Below, piece by piece: positions 11,649 to 25,499 of a stretch of 64,000 nucleotides of DNA (its first letter is position 1; the number at the start of each line of letters is the position of its first letter). The stretch lies in contig OZ176059.1 of assembly GCA_964247055.1 (NCBI GenBank), positions 1,364,001 to 1,428,000 of the forward strand, written 5' to 3'. A program made the position numbers and the translations under genes. The notes under the pieces were generated by a model. It was given only the letters and a program-made list of their open reading frames with translations. It was not told where the DNA came from and searched no databases. Origin of the DNA: Paragordius varius (Eukaryota > Animalia > Nematomorpha).

Positions 11649-12107
11649 TAGTAAAAACTGAAATTATACGGACAAAACGTAAAAATATAAATACTTTTTA
11701 AATCTAGATTTACAGTCATGTATGTTTATAAATGTCAAACATACGTTTTAAATTGATTTTACTTTGTTTTTATTTGTTTACAATAAATAAGCTATTATTA
11801 TTTTAAGGCTTAAAAATGCGCATGTTGAAAGTTGACATATTAAACATCATAACAATTAAAAACAAAGTAAAATCATTAAAAAAGTATGTTTGACAATTCT
11901 AAACATAAATGACTGTATATTAATAACTCATTGTTAAATGGCAATGTATGAAAAAGAGATATATAATAACTAACGCAATCAATTCTATATTTTACAATTG
12001 TAACTAAAGAGCTTATATAAGAAAAAGTAAGGTTTTAAAAAGTATGTTTTTTGAAAATATTTGTCTTTATATTTTTCGTTTTGTCCGTATAATTTCAATT
12101 TTTACTG
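11649..12107. mobile_element. Tc1/mariner-like MITE family C, containing a nested CAGTCAT-terminated hairpin element (11713-11915)
   Basis: TIR (C/T)AGTAAAAACTGAAATTATACGGACAAAACG ... CGTTTTGTCCGTATAATTTCAATTTTTACTG|TA. The inner element is TA|CAGTCATG...ATGACTG|TA and is itself palindromic. Confidence 0.8.
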
Positions 12108-13123
12108 TAAATTATAATGGACCCTAATTCAAACAACAAAACTCAAAAACCAGTGACTTATTAAAAATCAGTGTAAGATTATCAGCATAATCTAATATTT
12201 ACTCTATAAGCGCTAATGTAAGGAGAACGAGTTATTTTAGGTGATTTGACCGTAATAACTTTTTATAAGGGCTTATAACTGCAAACCAATTCTTAAAAAT
12301 GAATGTCCAAACTAATTCTTAAATTATAAATGGTTTCGGTTTGTAAACTTATAATCAGTTATAAACGCGGTTCATTTTAAAAAGAATAGGTTCCATGATC
12401 CGACTTTTAAAAAGTATTAAATATTTAAAATTTTAATGTAAGTCGTCACAGCCATAGTTGAGAATAATCAATCCCTATCATTAAACTATGATGGTTGCAA
12501 AATATATATTAATCTTAACGTAGTATAATTTACATACAGCCACGATTTTAAAAACTTATTACTTATAAAATTTTATCAATGTTGGGCAAATATAAAAGAT
12601 TTTAATTTGAAATTATTGAAATATTAAAGAGTGTTTTTAAAAAAAATCCTTAGATGGATATTAAAATGCATTTGAAACGGCTGTTTAACATTTTAAAGTA
12701 AATTTAACGTTTTATCATTATCAAATTAATTGGAAACATATTAAAAAATATTTGGTGCCAATTTTTATATCTATATTTATATAAGGTATATTTATTATTA
12801 AGTTATCATAATTATTTTTTCAATTTTATCAATGCTGCAGTCAAGAACTCTATAAAGTACCGGAGTGTTTTTAACGAAAAAATAATACAATAAGAAAACA
12901 TCATTTGTAAAAAATGGCATAACCTATTAAATATAAGCTCACACTTCCCCACCTCTCAAATGTATTTATTAAGGCTATGGCATTGTTTTTACCATGCCCG
13001 CTTAACTCTATTTTATTCCGATTTTCTTGCTGTTGCGCCTTTAATTAAAAAAATATAAAATTAATTAAAATGACTTTGCTATATATATCTAATTATAAAT
13101 TAATATAATACGTGTTATAGAAA

Positions 13124-16100
13124 ATGACAGTATTACATCACCCTTCACTTTATACTTCAGCTGCTGCGACAACGTATTCATTGGACGATGATAATTTGGG
13201 AAACGTAAACCGCGGTAATAACGGCGGTGTAGAACAACCCTCATATCTAGCATATCGACCTGGTCGAAATTCCACACCCCATATAATGTACAGGGATCAT
13301 GGTTTTAGCAAAACCAATAACAATAACGAAGGTAATAAATCAGCTGATCTGCAAACACCATCACAGTTAAACGAAAAAAGGGATGTACTAACCCAAACTA
13401 AAGTGTATGACACGCGATTTTATGTAAGTCGTGCGGCTCAAACAAATATGCCAGAATGCCCGCATACCACCGCGTATGTGGGACAAGAACCGTCATATTA
13501 TAACAACAAGAACGCTATAAAATATGTTGAACCCAATGCAAGTGGAGATAAAAACAATACAGTTAGAGATAACATTAATGCACATGGTTATAAACACTCA
13601 TTACAAAAAGAGAATGAATTGGCTTTTACCACACCCTCGGCAAAAGCTATACAACAAAATTTAGACAGCGAAGTGATTGATGCTAAAAACAGTGTTGATG
13701 GTAATAGAGAATATAAAATCTCCCATGCATCTCTAAATCAAGAATATGCGCGAAGAAATCCAAACTTCTTCCAATTCAAACCATTTAGACATTATTACGC
13801 TTCCCCTCATTACCAACAACGTAGCGCATCTGTGGCCCAACATCAATCGCAATCTCATGTGATTAAATTATACAATATATATATATATATATATATATAT
13901 TATTATACATCTACATAAGCTTATTTAATTAGTTAAATAATTAAACATAGAATGTTTTGCGAAAAAAAATCTAAACACTATTATCGTAGTGTTCTCTTTT
14001 TCTAGTAGAATCTGTGGAGTTTTAAAGCATTTTTCTATATGTAGATTCCAACAAGAGTGTCGATCGAAACGGCGTTTGGGCAAGACATAAAAACACAAGT
14101 AGTAAGAACAATAAATAATCCTACCTCTAAAGATCAAAATGGGATGCATCATAATCCAAATCAAATGCAGGGTGATTCAACAAAATACTATGGATACAAA
14201 AATGAACCATCATATACTCTAATAAATAAAAAAGGCAGTCAACAATTTAGCAATGCCGGTGAAAGTAATTATTGAAATTTTATCATGCAATAAAAAATGT
14301 AAATTACCCATAAAAAAGTTTTGATTTTGCATGTAAAAAGTGTTGATGGGAATAACACTATAATTTTAGTTTGTGAGGGCTCATATTTACTGGCAAAAAA
14401 CTTACAGTAAAAAGTGAAATTATACGGACAAAACGTAAGACAAATATTTTTATCTAAAAGACACTTTTTCAAACCTTAATTTTTCAACATAAACTACTTG
14501 ATTACATTTTCAAATAATATAATTGAATTATTAACAATTTACATACCTATTCCTATTTTGCTACCCCAAACGATAAGTAATATTTGATCAACTAAATTTG
14601 AAAAAAATATGGTTGTCCTTTTGAAAAAAATGTTTTTCCTTATTTTTATGTTTTGTCCGTATAATTTCAATTTTTACTGTAATTTTATAAAATAGTCATT
14701 TCTTTCACCTAAAAAACAGGTTTATCAAAAACTATGAATGTACCTCCTGCTAACACTAATACCAACAATTTTAAAAGTGATAGTGACGATATAGAGGCAT
14801 CATCCTTCTATGATTGTTTAATGAGTCAAGATAATTATCCAAACACTACTTCTGCTTTACAAAAGTCTGGCCAGTTATTTTATTCGCCTAAATCTGTTAT
14901 TAAATCCCAAGATGATTTTGCATCAGGCTTGAGTCCATCTAACGTTGCATCTCTAAATACCAATAGTTATGATAAAGCTTTGTCTAAGGTTATTAAGTAT
15001 CCGAACACAAGTTATAATGGATCGAATATTGGCACAAGTATTAATAAAACAACCAGTGCCTTTGGAGTAAAGGATATTGGGAGTATTGGATTGCCTGAAA
15101 TAGCGGTCGGGACTACGACAACAGGGATTGAAATTAAATCTTTTCATGAATTGGTTGAAGGCGATCAAATACCCAAAGCTACGTACAACCCATTAAGTAA
15201 TTCCGAACTATAATTTTATTTTTAAGTATATCTATTGTTATATAATAATAATAATATAAACGATATAGATATGTATTTTGTTTTGGACCAATTATTTAAT
15301 CATATATAAAACAATATATGGTAAAATTTATCTAAATTAATGTATGATATTGCGATCAATTTAAATCAAAAAACACTGTCAGCTTTTTTAAATGCCCTAT
15401 CCTGATGGCATAATAATATATTTATAAATTAATTTTGGCATTTTTCTATTAGGAATGTTTTAATAATCAGATCGGTGTCGCCACATATAAGACTGTGCAC
15501 AACAAGGACATGATAGAGCAAAATAATACAGTCATGTATCCTTTATTTTATCAAAAAAAAATTTTTCCGTTGAATGGGTAAAAATATTTGGTAAAGAATG
15601 GAAAAAACAAGAGCTCTATGGTATTAACAATATCATATTCATCAAAAAAGTATAAGAATTACCATAGAGCTCTTGTTTTTTCCATTCTTTACCATATATT
15701 TATACCCAATTAACGAAAAATAAATAAATTTTTGATAAAATAAAGAATACATGACTGTAATTTAATAACTTTTATACCATAGAAAAGGCCTAAAATAAAA
15801 ATAAATTTGTTTTACCGTTGCTCATCCGACGCTTATAGTTAAAATTAAATTAAAAAAATATCCATATATGTAATGGCAAAATTTCTAATTATAAAACTTT
15901 TATAACTTTATAACTAATTACTAAATAGGTCCATCCATGAAAATAACTGCGATAGATATGACACCAAAAACAACGATGGAAGAATTGCGTTTGTCTCAGG
16001 GGAAAACTAAATTTACATCATATGCTAAGCATGCTGATAAAAAGTATTTTAAACAAAAATGTATCGATAATAAAGTTGTGGCGTCTACCAGTCTTAAACC

Positions 16101-16973
16101 CTCTAGGCCACAAATAACAGTTTCTACCATTGTGCCCATGAACGATGATAAACATAATGAATCAAAGGGTTGGAAAAGGGGTAAATGATTCAATCTTAGA
16201 CATTTTAATTTGCTACTTGTTTAACATTATTTTTATAACACTTGGATACAACACATTCATTTAGTCGTTCGATTTAAATTGGGGTAGTTAAATACCCCAG
16301 GCCCGTTTAAAATTAAATTCTTTAAAAAATATGGAAGGAATCGAAACCATTGCAAAATTTTGCACTTATATAACATCAATACACGAAATATATCAAAAGT
16401 TTTATTCAAAAATACTTGATATTACTTATTTTAAGCTAAAACCGAAAGGTAAAAATTTAGTCAACGTGACATCTGGGCAATGGTAAAATTGAAAAATATT
16501 ACAAAATAAACGGCCTTTTTTATTTCCATCAATGTTATATGTAATTTAAATAGGATATTAGCTGAAGACGATATTTTGCAAAAATATTTTAAAATAAAAA
16601 TGGCGTCGAAGTAGTTTAAGATGGAACTTTTTTTTCAAAATAAAATTTTATGTAGATATTTTGGCATATTTATGTAATTTTTATTAGGATAGAAGCATAA
16701 ATTTAAATTGGGACCGTTTCATTCAGTAGTTTTTTAAAATCCCTAATTTAAATTTAGTCTGGGGTATTTAGATACCCCAATTTAAATCGAAGTGTTAAAC
16801 AAAAATTCTAATATATATATATATATATATATATCTCTCAAGTTATAAAGTTTATTAATGATTTACGTTTCAAAATAAAAAATTTATTTGCGAAATTAAG
16901 GCGCTTGAGTAGCATACATTTTGATCACATTAAACATATATTAAGGATTAAATAAAGATAAACAATTTTTATA

Positions 16974-17007
<34 letters not shown>

Positions 17008-20000
17008 AGAGCATGGAATAGGGGAGGGTGCTTAGGGTATATTTGGGCCTTACGCCTTTAATGAAAAATATTACCCCTTTTTTCTAATTGCATATCAAAA
17101 AATCGTAAATTAGCCCAATTAAAAAATATTTTTTGAACTAGATGCTCCATTGCAAAAATTATTTTTAAAATATATGATAAACTACAACAATAAATAAGTT
17201 AAATTTAATTATACATGTTGACTTAGAAAGTCTCTAATTTTCGTACCTCTCAAAAATGGGATGTTTTCTCATAAATGTAAAAATGCCAAGACGATACCAT
17301 ATGCTAGGATATCAAAATAAGTTATTTGCGAATCAACGCATATTTTGAAAATTAATATTTTTGCAAAATATTGTGTGTAAAAAAATGGTAAATTAAAAAA
17401 AATACACTTATTTTTTTACATTCGTGAATTATGAAGACGAGTGTTTTTATACATCTTAAAGCGTTTGCTACCGCACCTTGCTTTTCATACTGTAAAATGT
17501 ACTCCAATAAATTGTGCTAATTTTTCGTATATTTTCCAATTATATGTCATACCATATATTTAAATTGTGGCTTCACCAAAAAAATTATAGTTAGCACAAT
17601 GTGCGCTAATTTTGTGAATTTTTATACCTGCTTCAAAATACAAATAACTTAATTGAGTGATTCAAAGCCCGAAAACCTAGAGCACCATGAATGATACATT
17701 TTACTATAAAAAGATATTATTAGGATAAACACCACTATTTCATAATATTTTTATCATATAAAGATACATTTGTAAGGTAAATGGGTATTAAGGTGTTCAA
17801 ATTCTTTATAACCGTCAGCCTCAAAGTCCCAAAATAAACAACATATTTAAATATATTTATCGAAAATATATGGATATTTTTCTACAAAGCATTATGAATA
17901 GAGAGTGTTAGCGGCATTGTAATCTCAAAAATCACACATTTTATATGATCATTCTAAAATATTATTTATATATTTTATTAAAATTTTAGGATTTATTCGT
18001 ACATTTTACCGAGAAAAGTTTGGTCGTAAACCAAAAACCACTTCAGCTTACAAATCGGCTAATGTTGAGTGCGACGTTAAAACTAAACCACCTATGTTTG
18101 TGAAAGAATCAGTCATACGAACGCCCAAAAAACATTTGGAACCCGAATCGGTTCAAGCTTGGGAGCCCTTGTTGGAATCGTATAAGCCCAAGCGTTCACC
18201 AGCTGCCTTATCTTTCCAACAAAATGCACATCTTGTACAAGGTCATTCTAAGATTAAATTTAATTTATTAACGATAACGCATTTTATATAATGAATTTGT
18301 GAATGAACTTTTCAATATTGTAATGTTTTGGTTTAATATTCGGTGCTTAATAGTGGAGCATTGAACTATATTCCATATCGTTAAATAATAAATATAATTT
18401 ATTATATTATATTATATTATCTAGATGGGACTCCTGAGAGTTTAACCACAGAAAACCAGAATGGTTGGAAACGTTTCAGAGTAAGTTGAATACACAAACA
18501 AAAATTGATTTTAATTATAATTACTTTAACTTTGGTAAAAATATATAAACCAACTTACAAGCTAACTCTAAGACATTTCTTTTATATATTTGTCAATTTG
18601 GTACAACTCGTTTATGCAAAAAGTAGTTTTTAGTATTCACATTTAAATCTAAAATTATAAAGACAAAACGCAAAGATTAAACGACCATAATTTTTCTAAA
18701 GAGACAGCCACACTTAAAGCTAAGGTTTTTCCTGATAACCTTTATGATTGCTATTTGAAAATGTATAATTGAGAGTGATACTGATTTGCATCTGTATATA
18801 TTTTACCCAAAACGATAGGGTTATATTAAAAATTATGGCTAAATAGAGTATGGTTGTCTTTTTAAAAAATATTTGTCTAGTTTTAACTTTTCTTAATAAT
18901 TTTAATTTTTCTATAAACACAGAAGATGAAAATGTGATATCTTTTGAATCCGTCTCAAAATGAATTTCTTAATAATTATAAATAATAATGTAGTAAACGC
19001 TTTTTAATATAAGTAAACTTGGCCTTTGATCAAACTTATTTCTTTAACATTTATTATTTTGAGTTATATCATCAAATATAATCTCAATTTAGTTTAAATT
19101 GGTATTGGGACTTGTTATTGCCACCATACTAACTTCGATACTAGGTATGCTATTATCTGAACATTTAATAATATATTATATCCATTTTTAAATAAAATTG
19201 TTAAAAATGATGGGTGCGATTGGAATGTGTCCTGTATAAAATTAACTAAGCCTTTTTGACCGTGAAATTACCGCTTTTTTCAAAATCAATCTAAAGTTAA
19301 TTCAATAAATTTCATTCATCAAATAAAAATTAATAAAGAATAGTCTAGCGAACTATATTGGTGATTATTATAAAACAAAATCCGATGATTGTTACACATA
19401 AATAAATTTTAAATTGAATTAGCGAGTATTTCTCGCAATTATTAATGGCAAAAATTCAAGCATATTTGCGATGACTAAAAGCGTTATGCTGGCGAAAATA
19501 ATTGCCAAATAAACATCTTTTACTAATTGACATTTAATAGAAAAAAATGACTAATCAAGTTGAAACTTAATTTTGTATAATACACATATTGAAAGAATTA
19601 CCAAAATAAAATGATATAATAGATACCGTGCCCTTATTACATAAAAATAATTTCACCTATGCCTATGCCCCCAAAAATAACAAAAGTTATGTAGGCAACC
19701 TACTTTTAATGATACCGTCTGACATTTAGCCAAATAAATCATGATCATCATTTTTTTTTGAATATGAAAATTTAAAATAGCAGTTTTATAAGGACCAGAT
19801 ATATTTGAAAATTTCATATAATTATAAATTTTTAGTTTGTATTTATTTAACAAAAAATAGGAGTAAGCGTCGATAACTTACTTCGACATGGCGTAACTGA
19901 TAAATAAGGCTTTATATTTATAGAAAATATATTTATCTAATTAATATATAATTCGATTATTTTAACATTGTAAATTTGAACAAAATATTAAATTTTTATA

Positions 20001-20072
20001 TATATTATAGTGCCAATACTAATCAAGATAAGTACCCACAAAAGTAAACCTAAACAATTACTTTTGCCATGA
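13124..20072 (+). CDS. Orphan low-complexity protein (~700 aa) with one C-terminal transmembrane helix; 3' end uncertain. Exons: 13124-13858, 14045-14264, 14720-15196, 15929-16180, 17990-18241, 18425-18480, 19093-19144, 20011-20072
   Basis: ORF-track segments 13124, 14057, 14734, 15937 and 18094 join through GT-AG sites with consistent phases (0,1,1,1,1,0,1). Exons 6-8 give GWKRFR-FKLVLGLVIATILTSILVPILI-KISTHK, a hydrophobic helix flanked by basic residues. I recognise no domain. Confidence 0.7.
14405..14679. mobile_element. Family C MITE, full copy, in intron 2 of the orphan gene
   Basis: TA|CAGTAAAAAGTGAAATTATACGGACAAAACG ... GTTTTGTCCGTATAATTTCAATTTTTACTG|TA. Other copies: 44819-45004, a right end at 54744 and a left end at 56017. 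Confidence 0.85.
15529..15757. mobile_element. Hairpin MITE family D, in intron 3 of the orphan gene
   Basis: TA|CAGTCATGTATCC ... ATACATGACTG|TA, palindromic and homologous to 9492-9706. Confidence 0.85.
16239..16794 (+). mobile_element. piggyBac-like MITE family A (~560 bp, CACTT termini, TTAA target)
   Basis: Termini CACTTGGAT ... ATCGAAGTG|TTAA, internal inverted subterminal GATTYAAATTGGGGTA. Homologous end to end with five other copies in the window. Confidence 0.85.
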
Positions 20073-20816
20073 AGAATCCGTATCAGACATATGGGTCATA
20101 TTAGTATAGCAAACAAATTGTTTAATATCTATCACAATATGTATTTTTAGCTCAAATTTTAAAAAAAAATGTTTCAATATTTTTTCATATTGGTGCTCTA
20201 CCGTATGAATAAAAATACATTCATTGTTTTATATTAAATATTTGCAGATGACATTTACAGCAAAGAGCAATATTATTAGCTAAAAGCAGGAAGAAATAGC
20301 TAATTATCTTTCTCTTTACTGCAAATGGTATCTAGGAATATCTAATCAAAAACCAGCAATGTATTTTTATCCATAAATAACTAAATAAAATACAATATTA
20401 TAAATTTATTTGTAGTCGGGTGATTGTAATCGATCGGCATTTAAAAGGTACATATACATATATATATATATATATAGATAGCTTCTTTTTTAGATTTCAC
20501 ATATATCCATAATACTGGTATGATGTTTATCATTGTTAAATTATTTGTTATTTATGCAATGCACAAACTTTATAGATTTATTTAAATTGTAATCTAATTA
20601 TATATATATTTGGTATTGTTTAAATCTTTTTTGATTATTTTTTCATTTCAAACTTTATTTTATATATGAAAATATATTCATTTGACTCTACATGAAAAAG
20701 CTATATATTGGCTTCAAATGTTTTTAATCGGTGTGATCTAAACGAATTTTTTTCTTATGTTATGATAAAATAAAATAATTAGATTTCTTTTGTCATATTA
20801 TTACATAACCAACATT

Positions 20817-20991
20817 CAGTGTGAGTAAGTATACATTGTAAGTTTTTCATGACTTATTGCCAGATAGTGTATAAAAGAGAAAATATTGGCTCAAAGCGCT
20901 ATTTACTGCAATCAGCCAATAATAATTCTCTTTGCTGCATATACTATCTGGCAATATTAAATGAACTAACAATGTATATTTACTCACAGCG
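20817..20991. mobile_element. Hairpin MITE family I (CAGTRTGAGTAAGTATACATTG termini)
   Basis: Palindromic ~180 bp. Homologous copies at 50145-50330 and 58313-58502. Confidence 0.7.
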
Positions 20992-21662
20992 TAAAAGCGT
21001 GTAACCCATACTAATTTATAAAGCACCAAAGATGTTTTCTTAATAAAAATTTAAATATATATCATTTCAAAACAGTTTAAAGCCCAAATTTCCTCCCAAG
21101 CCATTATTTTTTAAACTTTGAATTTTGTGTAAAAGCAGTAAAATGACTATTAATGCAATCGAAAAGTTTATTAACATTTAAAAAAACTCGCTGCTCTACT
21201 ATTATAAACTTAAGGCGAAAATAGATGCTATATAATTTAAAGTGAATGACATTTAAAATATCATATGTATATTAAGAATTACAATACCTTTCACTTTTGA
21301 AAGAGGATTAGATTAAGGAAATTAGCAGGTTTTAATTTTTAGTTAGTGAACTAACTTCTTTATTAGCTCATTGTTTTTTATTGTTATGTTTACTTAATTA
21401 ACAAATATCTATTATTTGGAGTTACCCTTATTAAATTTTGCATCTTAATGTGAGTCTCATGGTAATCAGTATTTAACACAACATCGAAACGATAATATTC
21501 AATGTTTTTATATCATCAAATAACTCAAACTCAATTGATTTCACGAAAACATAAATTTTCACAGGTGTCTAAAAGTTGAAATAGATTAATAAATTTACAC
21601 CCTAACATTACTTTTAAGATTATAATAAAGCAAAACGAAATCTGGAAATTATATTTATTTAA

Positions 21663-22233
21663 CACTTGGATACAACACACTCATTTTAGTCCTTCGATTC
21701 AAATTGGGGTAGTTGGATACCCCAGGCCTGTTTAAAATCAAATACTTTAAAAAGTATTAAAGGAATCGAATCCATGGCAAAACTTTACACTTATATAACA
21801 TTAATAAACCTAAATATATAAAAAATTTTATTCAAAAATATTTGATATTAAATATTTTAAGCCAAAACCGAAAGGTAAAAATTTCGTCAACGTGACATGT
21901 GTCAAATGGTAAAATTAAAAAATAATACAAAATAAACCGCTTTTTCTATTTCTATCAATGTTAAATGTAATTTATATTAAAATTTCTACCCTTAAAATTA
22001 AATGAAGACGATATTTTGCGAAAATTTTGCAAATAAAAATGGCGTCGAAGTAGTTTGAGATGGAACTTTTTTTTCAAAACAAAATTTTATCAAAATCTTT
22101 TGGCATATTTATATAATTTTTATCAGGATAGAAGCATAAATTTAAATTGGGACCGTTTCCTTCAGTATTTTTTTAAAAATTCTAATTTAAATTTAGTCTG
22201 GGGTATTTAGATACCCCAATTTGAATCGAAGTG
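21663..22233 (+). mobile_element. Family A piggyBac-like MITE, best-preserved copy
   Basis: Intact TTAA on both sides: TTAA|CACTTGGATAC ... AATCGAAGTG|TTAA. Confidence 0.9.
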
Positions 22234-22508
22234 TTAAATTTAATTTATTACTAATTAAGAATCTTATAAAATATTAAAACCAATAAAATATTATTATTTT
22301 AAAAACTATATTTTAAATATTGATAAAACTTAAAACCAAAATTTAAATATAAACAAATTGATTTGAAATTAATAATTATCATTGGTTAAATTTCTCTGCA
22401 TCTGAAATTGGGGGTATAGAAAAATAACCTTTGAAATATATAATTTGACAGGAAAATGTATCAAGATTATTATGGTGCTTATGGTTTTGACCCTTACAAG
22501 TGATTTAA

Positions 22509-22990
22509 CACTTTAATACAACACATTCATTTCAGTAGTTCGATTTAAATTGGGGTAGTGAGATGATTCAGGCTTGTTTGAAATAAATATTTTAAAAAAT
22601 ATGATATAAAATAAAACCATGGCAAAAGTTTGCTCTAATATAACATAAATGAACCAATATTTAAAAAAATTATTCCAAAATACTTGATATTAATTATAAA
22701 AAGATAAAACCCAAAGGTAAAAATTTAGCCAACATAACATGTGCAAAAGATAAATATAATCTATGAGGTGATTTTATAAAAAGTATACTGAATTTTCATA
22801 GTTTTAACACAATATTTTGCAAAAAAGTAAAATAAAATGCGTCGAAGTAGTTTGATACGGAACTTTTTTTCCTAACTAAATTTTATTAAGATATTTTGGC
22901 TTATTAATATAATTTTAATTATATTACAAGCTTCAATAGTTTTGTAAAATAACTTATAGTCTGGGGTATTTTTTACTTAAAATCCAAGTG
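22509..22990 (+). mobile_element. Family A MITE, diverged and internally deleted copy
   Basis: TTAA|CACTTTAATAC ... ATCCAAGTG|TTAA, with the same internal blocks (GCGTCGAAGTAGTTTGA, AAAGGTAAAAATTT). Confidence 0.8.
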
Positions 22991-23010
22991 TTAATTTACA
23001 CTTTTGTGGC

Positions 23011-24544
23011 AAGCGCTCTATATCAAATGTCAAATTTGCCCAAATTTTTCAAATAAATTTTTTTGGTAATAGCAATAGGCTTAATTCCAAAATAACTAAA
23101 AATCATAAACTAAGAATAGAAGCAAAAAATATTTTCAGAATTTGAAAATTTTAAATGTGGGCTCGAAACAAATTTTTTCGTTCTAAAATGGGCTTATCTT
23201 CTTAAAACAAATGCGAAAATGCTGGATTGCGCAATAAAAATTTAAATATAGTTAAATTTGATATTAACGATAAATGTTTTTAAAATCCACACCTGTTTCA
23301 AAAGTTTAATTTTCAGAAAAATTTTGTTGAAGGGCACTTCATACTATTTTAATTCATGAAGAAAACGGTTAAAAACGCTTTACATTTACAACACATTCAT
23401 TTTAGTCCTTAGATTCAAATTGGGGTAGTTAAATACCCCAGGCCTTTTTAAAATTAAATTCTTCAAAAGAAATGGAAGGAATCGAAACCATGGCAAAATC
23501 TGTCACTTATATATCATTAATAAACCGAATTATATAGGAAATTTATTTAAAAATAATTGATATTACTATTTTAAGCTAAAACCGAAAGGATAAAATTAAG
23601 TCAACCTGACATGCGTGCAATAGTAAAATTGAAAAATACAAAATAAACAGCTTTTTCTATTTCTATCAATGTTAGATGTAATTTAAATGAAAAATTAGCT
23701 TTAATTATACCCTTAAAATTAAATGAAGAAGATATTTTCCAAAAATTTTGTAAAATAAAAATGGCGTCGAAGTAGTTTGACATGAAACTTTTTTTTCAAA
23801 ACAAAATTTTATTTAGATATTTTGGCATATTTATATAATTTTTATTAACATAGAAGCATAAATTTAAATTGGGGCCGTTTCCTTCAGTAGTGTCTTAAAA
23901 ATCCTAACTCAAATTTAGTCTGGGATATTTAGATACCCCAATTTGAATCGGAATGATAACGTAAATTAATACACTTTTTTTATATAATGATGCATTTCTA
24001 TCACTTTATTAAAAGTTTTTTTCTCAAAAATTTGGTGATTTTAACAAACGCAATATTTTTTAAATATAAATCTTAGGACAACTAATACTATAATCGATTC
24101 TGATGAGGTTGAAATGTTCAGCATTATTGAATTATGTAGAAAAGGCGTTCACATCTTATCAAAGTGTTTTAACCGTTTTTATCATGACACAAAATAGTGT
24201 GCAGTACACTTAAGCAAAATTTTGTTAAAAATAAAATTTTTGAAAAAGGTGTGCATTTTTAACATTTTTAGTTAAAATAAAAATTTAATATTAAATGTTT
24301 ATCGTGCAATCCAGGGAATTTTGCGTTTGTTTTAAGATGACTACCCCGTCTTAGAAAAGCAAAAAAATTCGGGACTTTCGGAGCCCACATCTAAAGATCA
24401 CAATTTTTTGAAAATATTGTTTTTGTTTTTTATATATAGTTTATAATATATTTTAGTGATATTTTTTGGAATGAAGCCTTTAGCCTTCACCAAAATTTTT
24501 ATAAAATATGTGCGCAAATTTTGACATTTTCTGATATGGGGCAC
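23011..24544. mobile_element. Family B long-TIR element (possibly Kolobok-like) carrying a nested family A copy (~23383-23955)
   Basis: Imperfect inverted arms of ~350 bp (ATATCAAATGTCAAA...ATGTGGGCTC...GGATTGCGC versus GTGCAATCC...GAGCCCACAT...TTTGACATTTTCTGATAT). Related copies at ~31595-32260 and ~34450-35800. The superfamily is a guess from the AGGTGC-like ends next to TTAA. Confidence 0.65.
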
Positions 24545-25499
24545 TTAACAAGTGTGAATATATTTCTTAATTCACTATAGGCCAAAATTACATGATATTT
24601 GACACATTTTCTTTTCATTAGTTTTTTTTGACACTGTGTTTTATGAATTCATACTAAAAAAAGATGTTTTATATTCTAATTAATAATCATCAAACTTCTA
24701 CTATGTTATCTAGTTTTGACTGTTGATTTATATAATAATCACCAATTAAGACAAACAACTTATAAATCATTGGTTGGTGTAAATATGCCATCAAAATGAA
24801 AAAAATAACAAATCATTATATTTTTGGTTTTTAGGTGACAGTTTGTGGTTTTCTAGCACAAAGCGGAGATTATTAAATACACTGAGTCGGTATTAGATAA
24901 AAAACTTATCTACGGTTTTTTGTATTCTAGAATCTAAAATTCAGACAAAACAGGATTGAAACAAACAGCTGATTAAAATGGTTAAATTTTAAAAATTTAT
25001 CAGTAATATGTAATTTCAAAGCTTTAAACTAACTTTATAACAGAAAAATAAAGGCCAATAGTTGAGATAAATTTTTATAATGCGCCTAAAATACTAAGCA
25101 TATTTTTTGAAAAAAATATTTTTAAGAAATTTTAAATAGATTAGGGGTATAAAACTCCAAAAGATAATGTTAAATTTTATTCTTTTATATATATATATAT
25201 ATTTGCAATTTTTATATTGATCTAAAAAATATTTGGCCACCAAAACGAAAAATAATTATCTTTAAAATTTTTAAAAAAATTCTTAGCATAATAAATAAAA
25301 ATAATCACCGCATAACACCAATCAAATAATTTTCAAATTTGGCATTTTCTGATATTTAATCTCATTGTAAGAAAATTATGTTTCAGCGTTTATTTATCAT
25401 AATCGTTGCCAGTTAAGTTACTACCGGTTTAAGAGAAGATGTAGCGAAAGTTATTCAGATGATTAATTTGGTACAGATCCCATTTTTTTCATCTGATAT

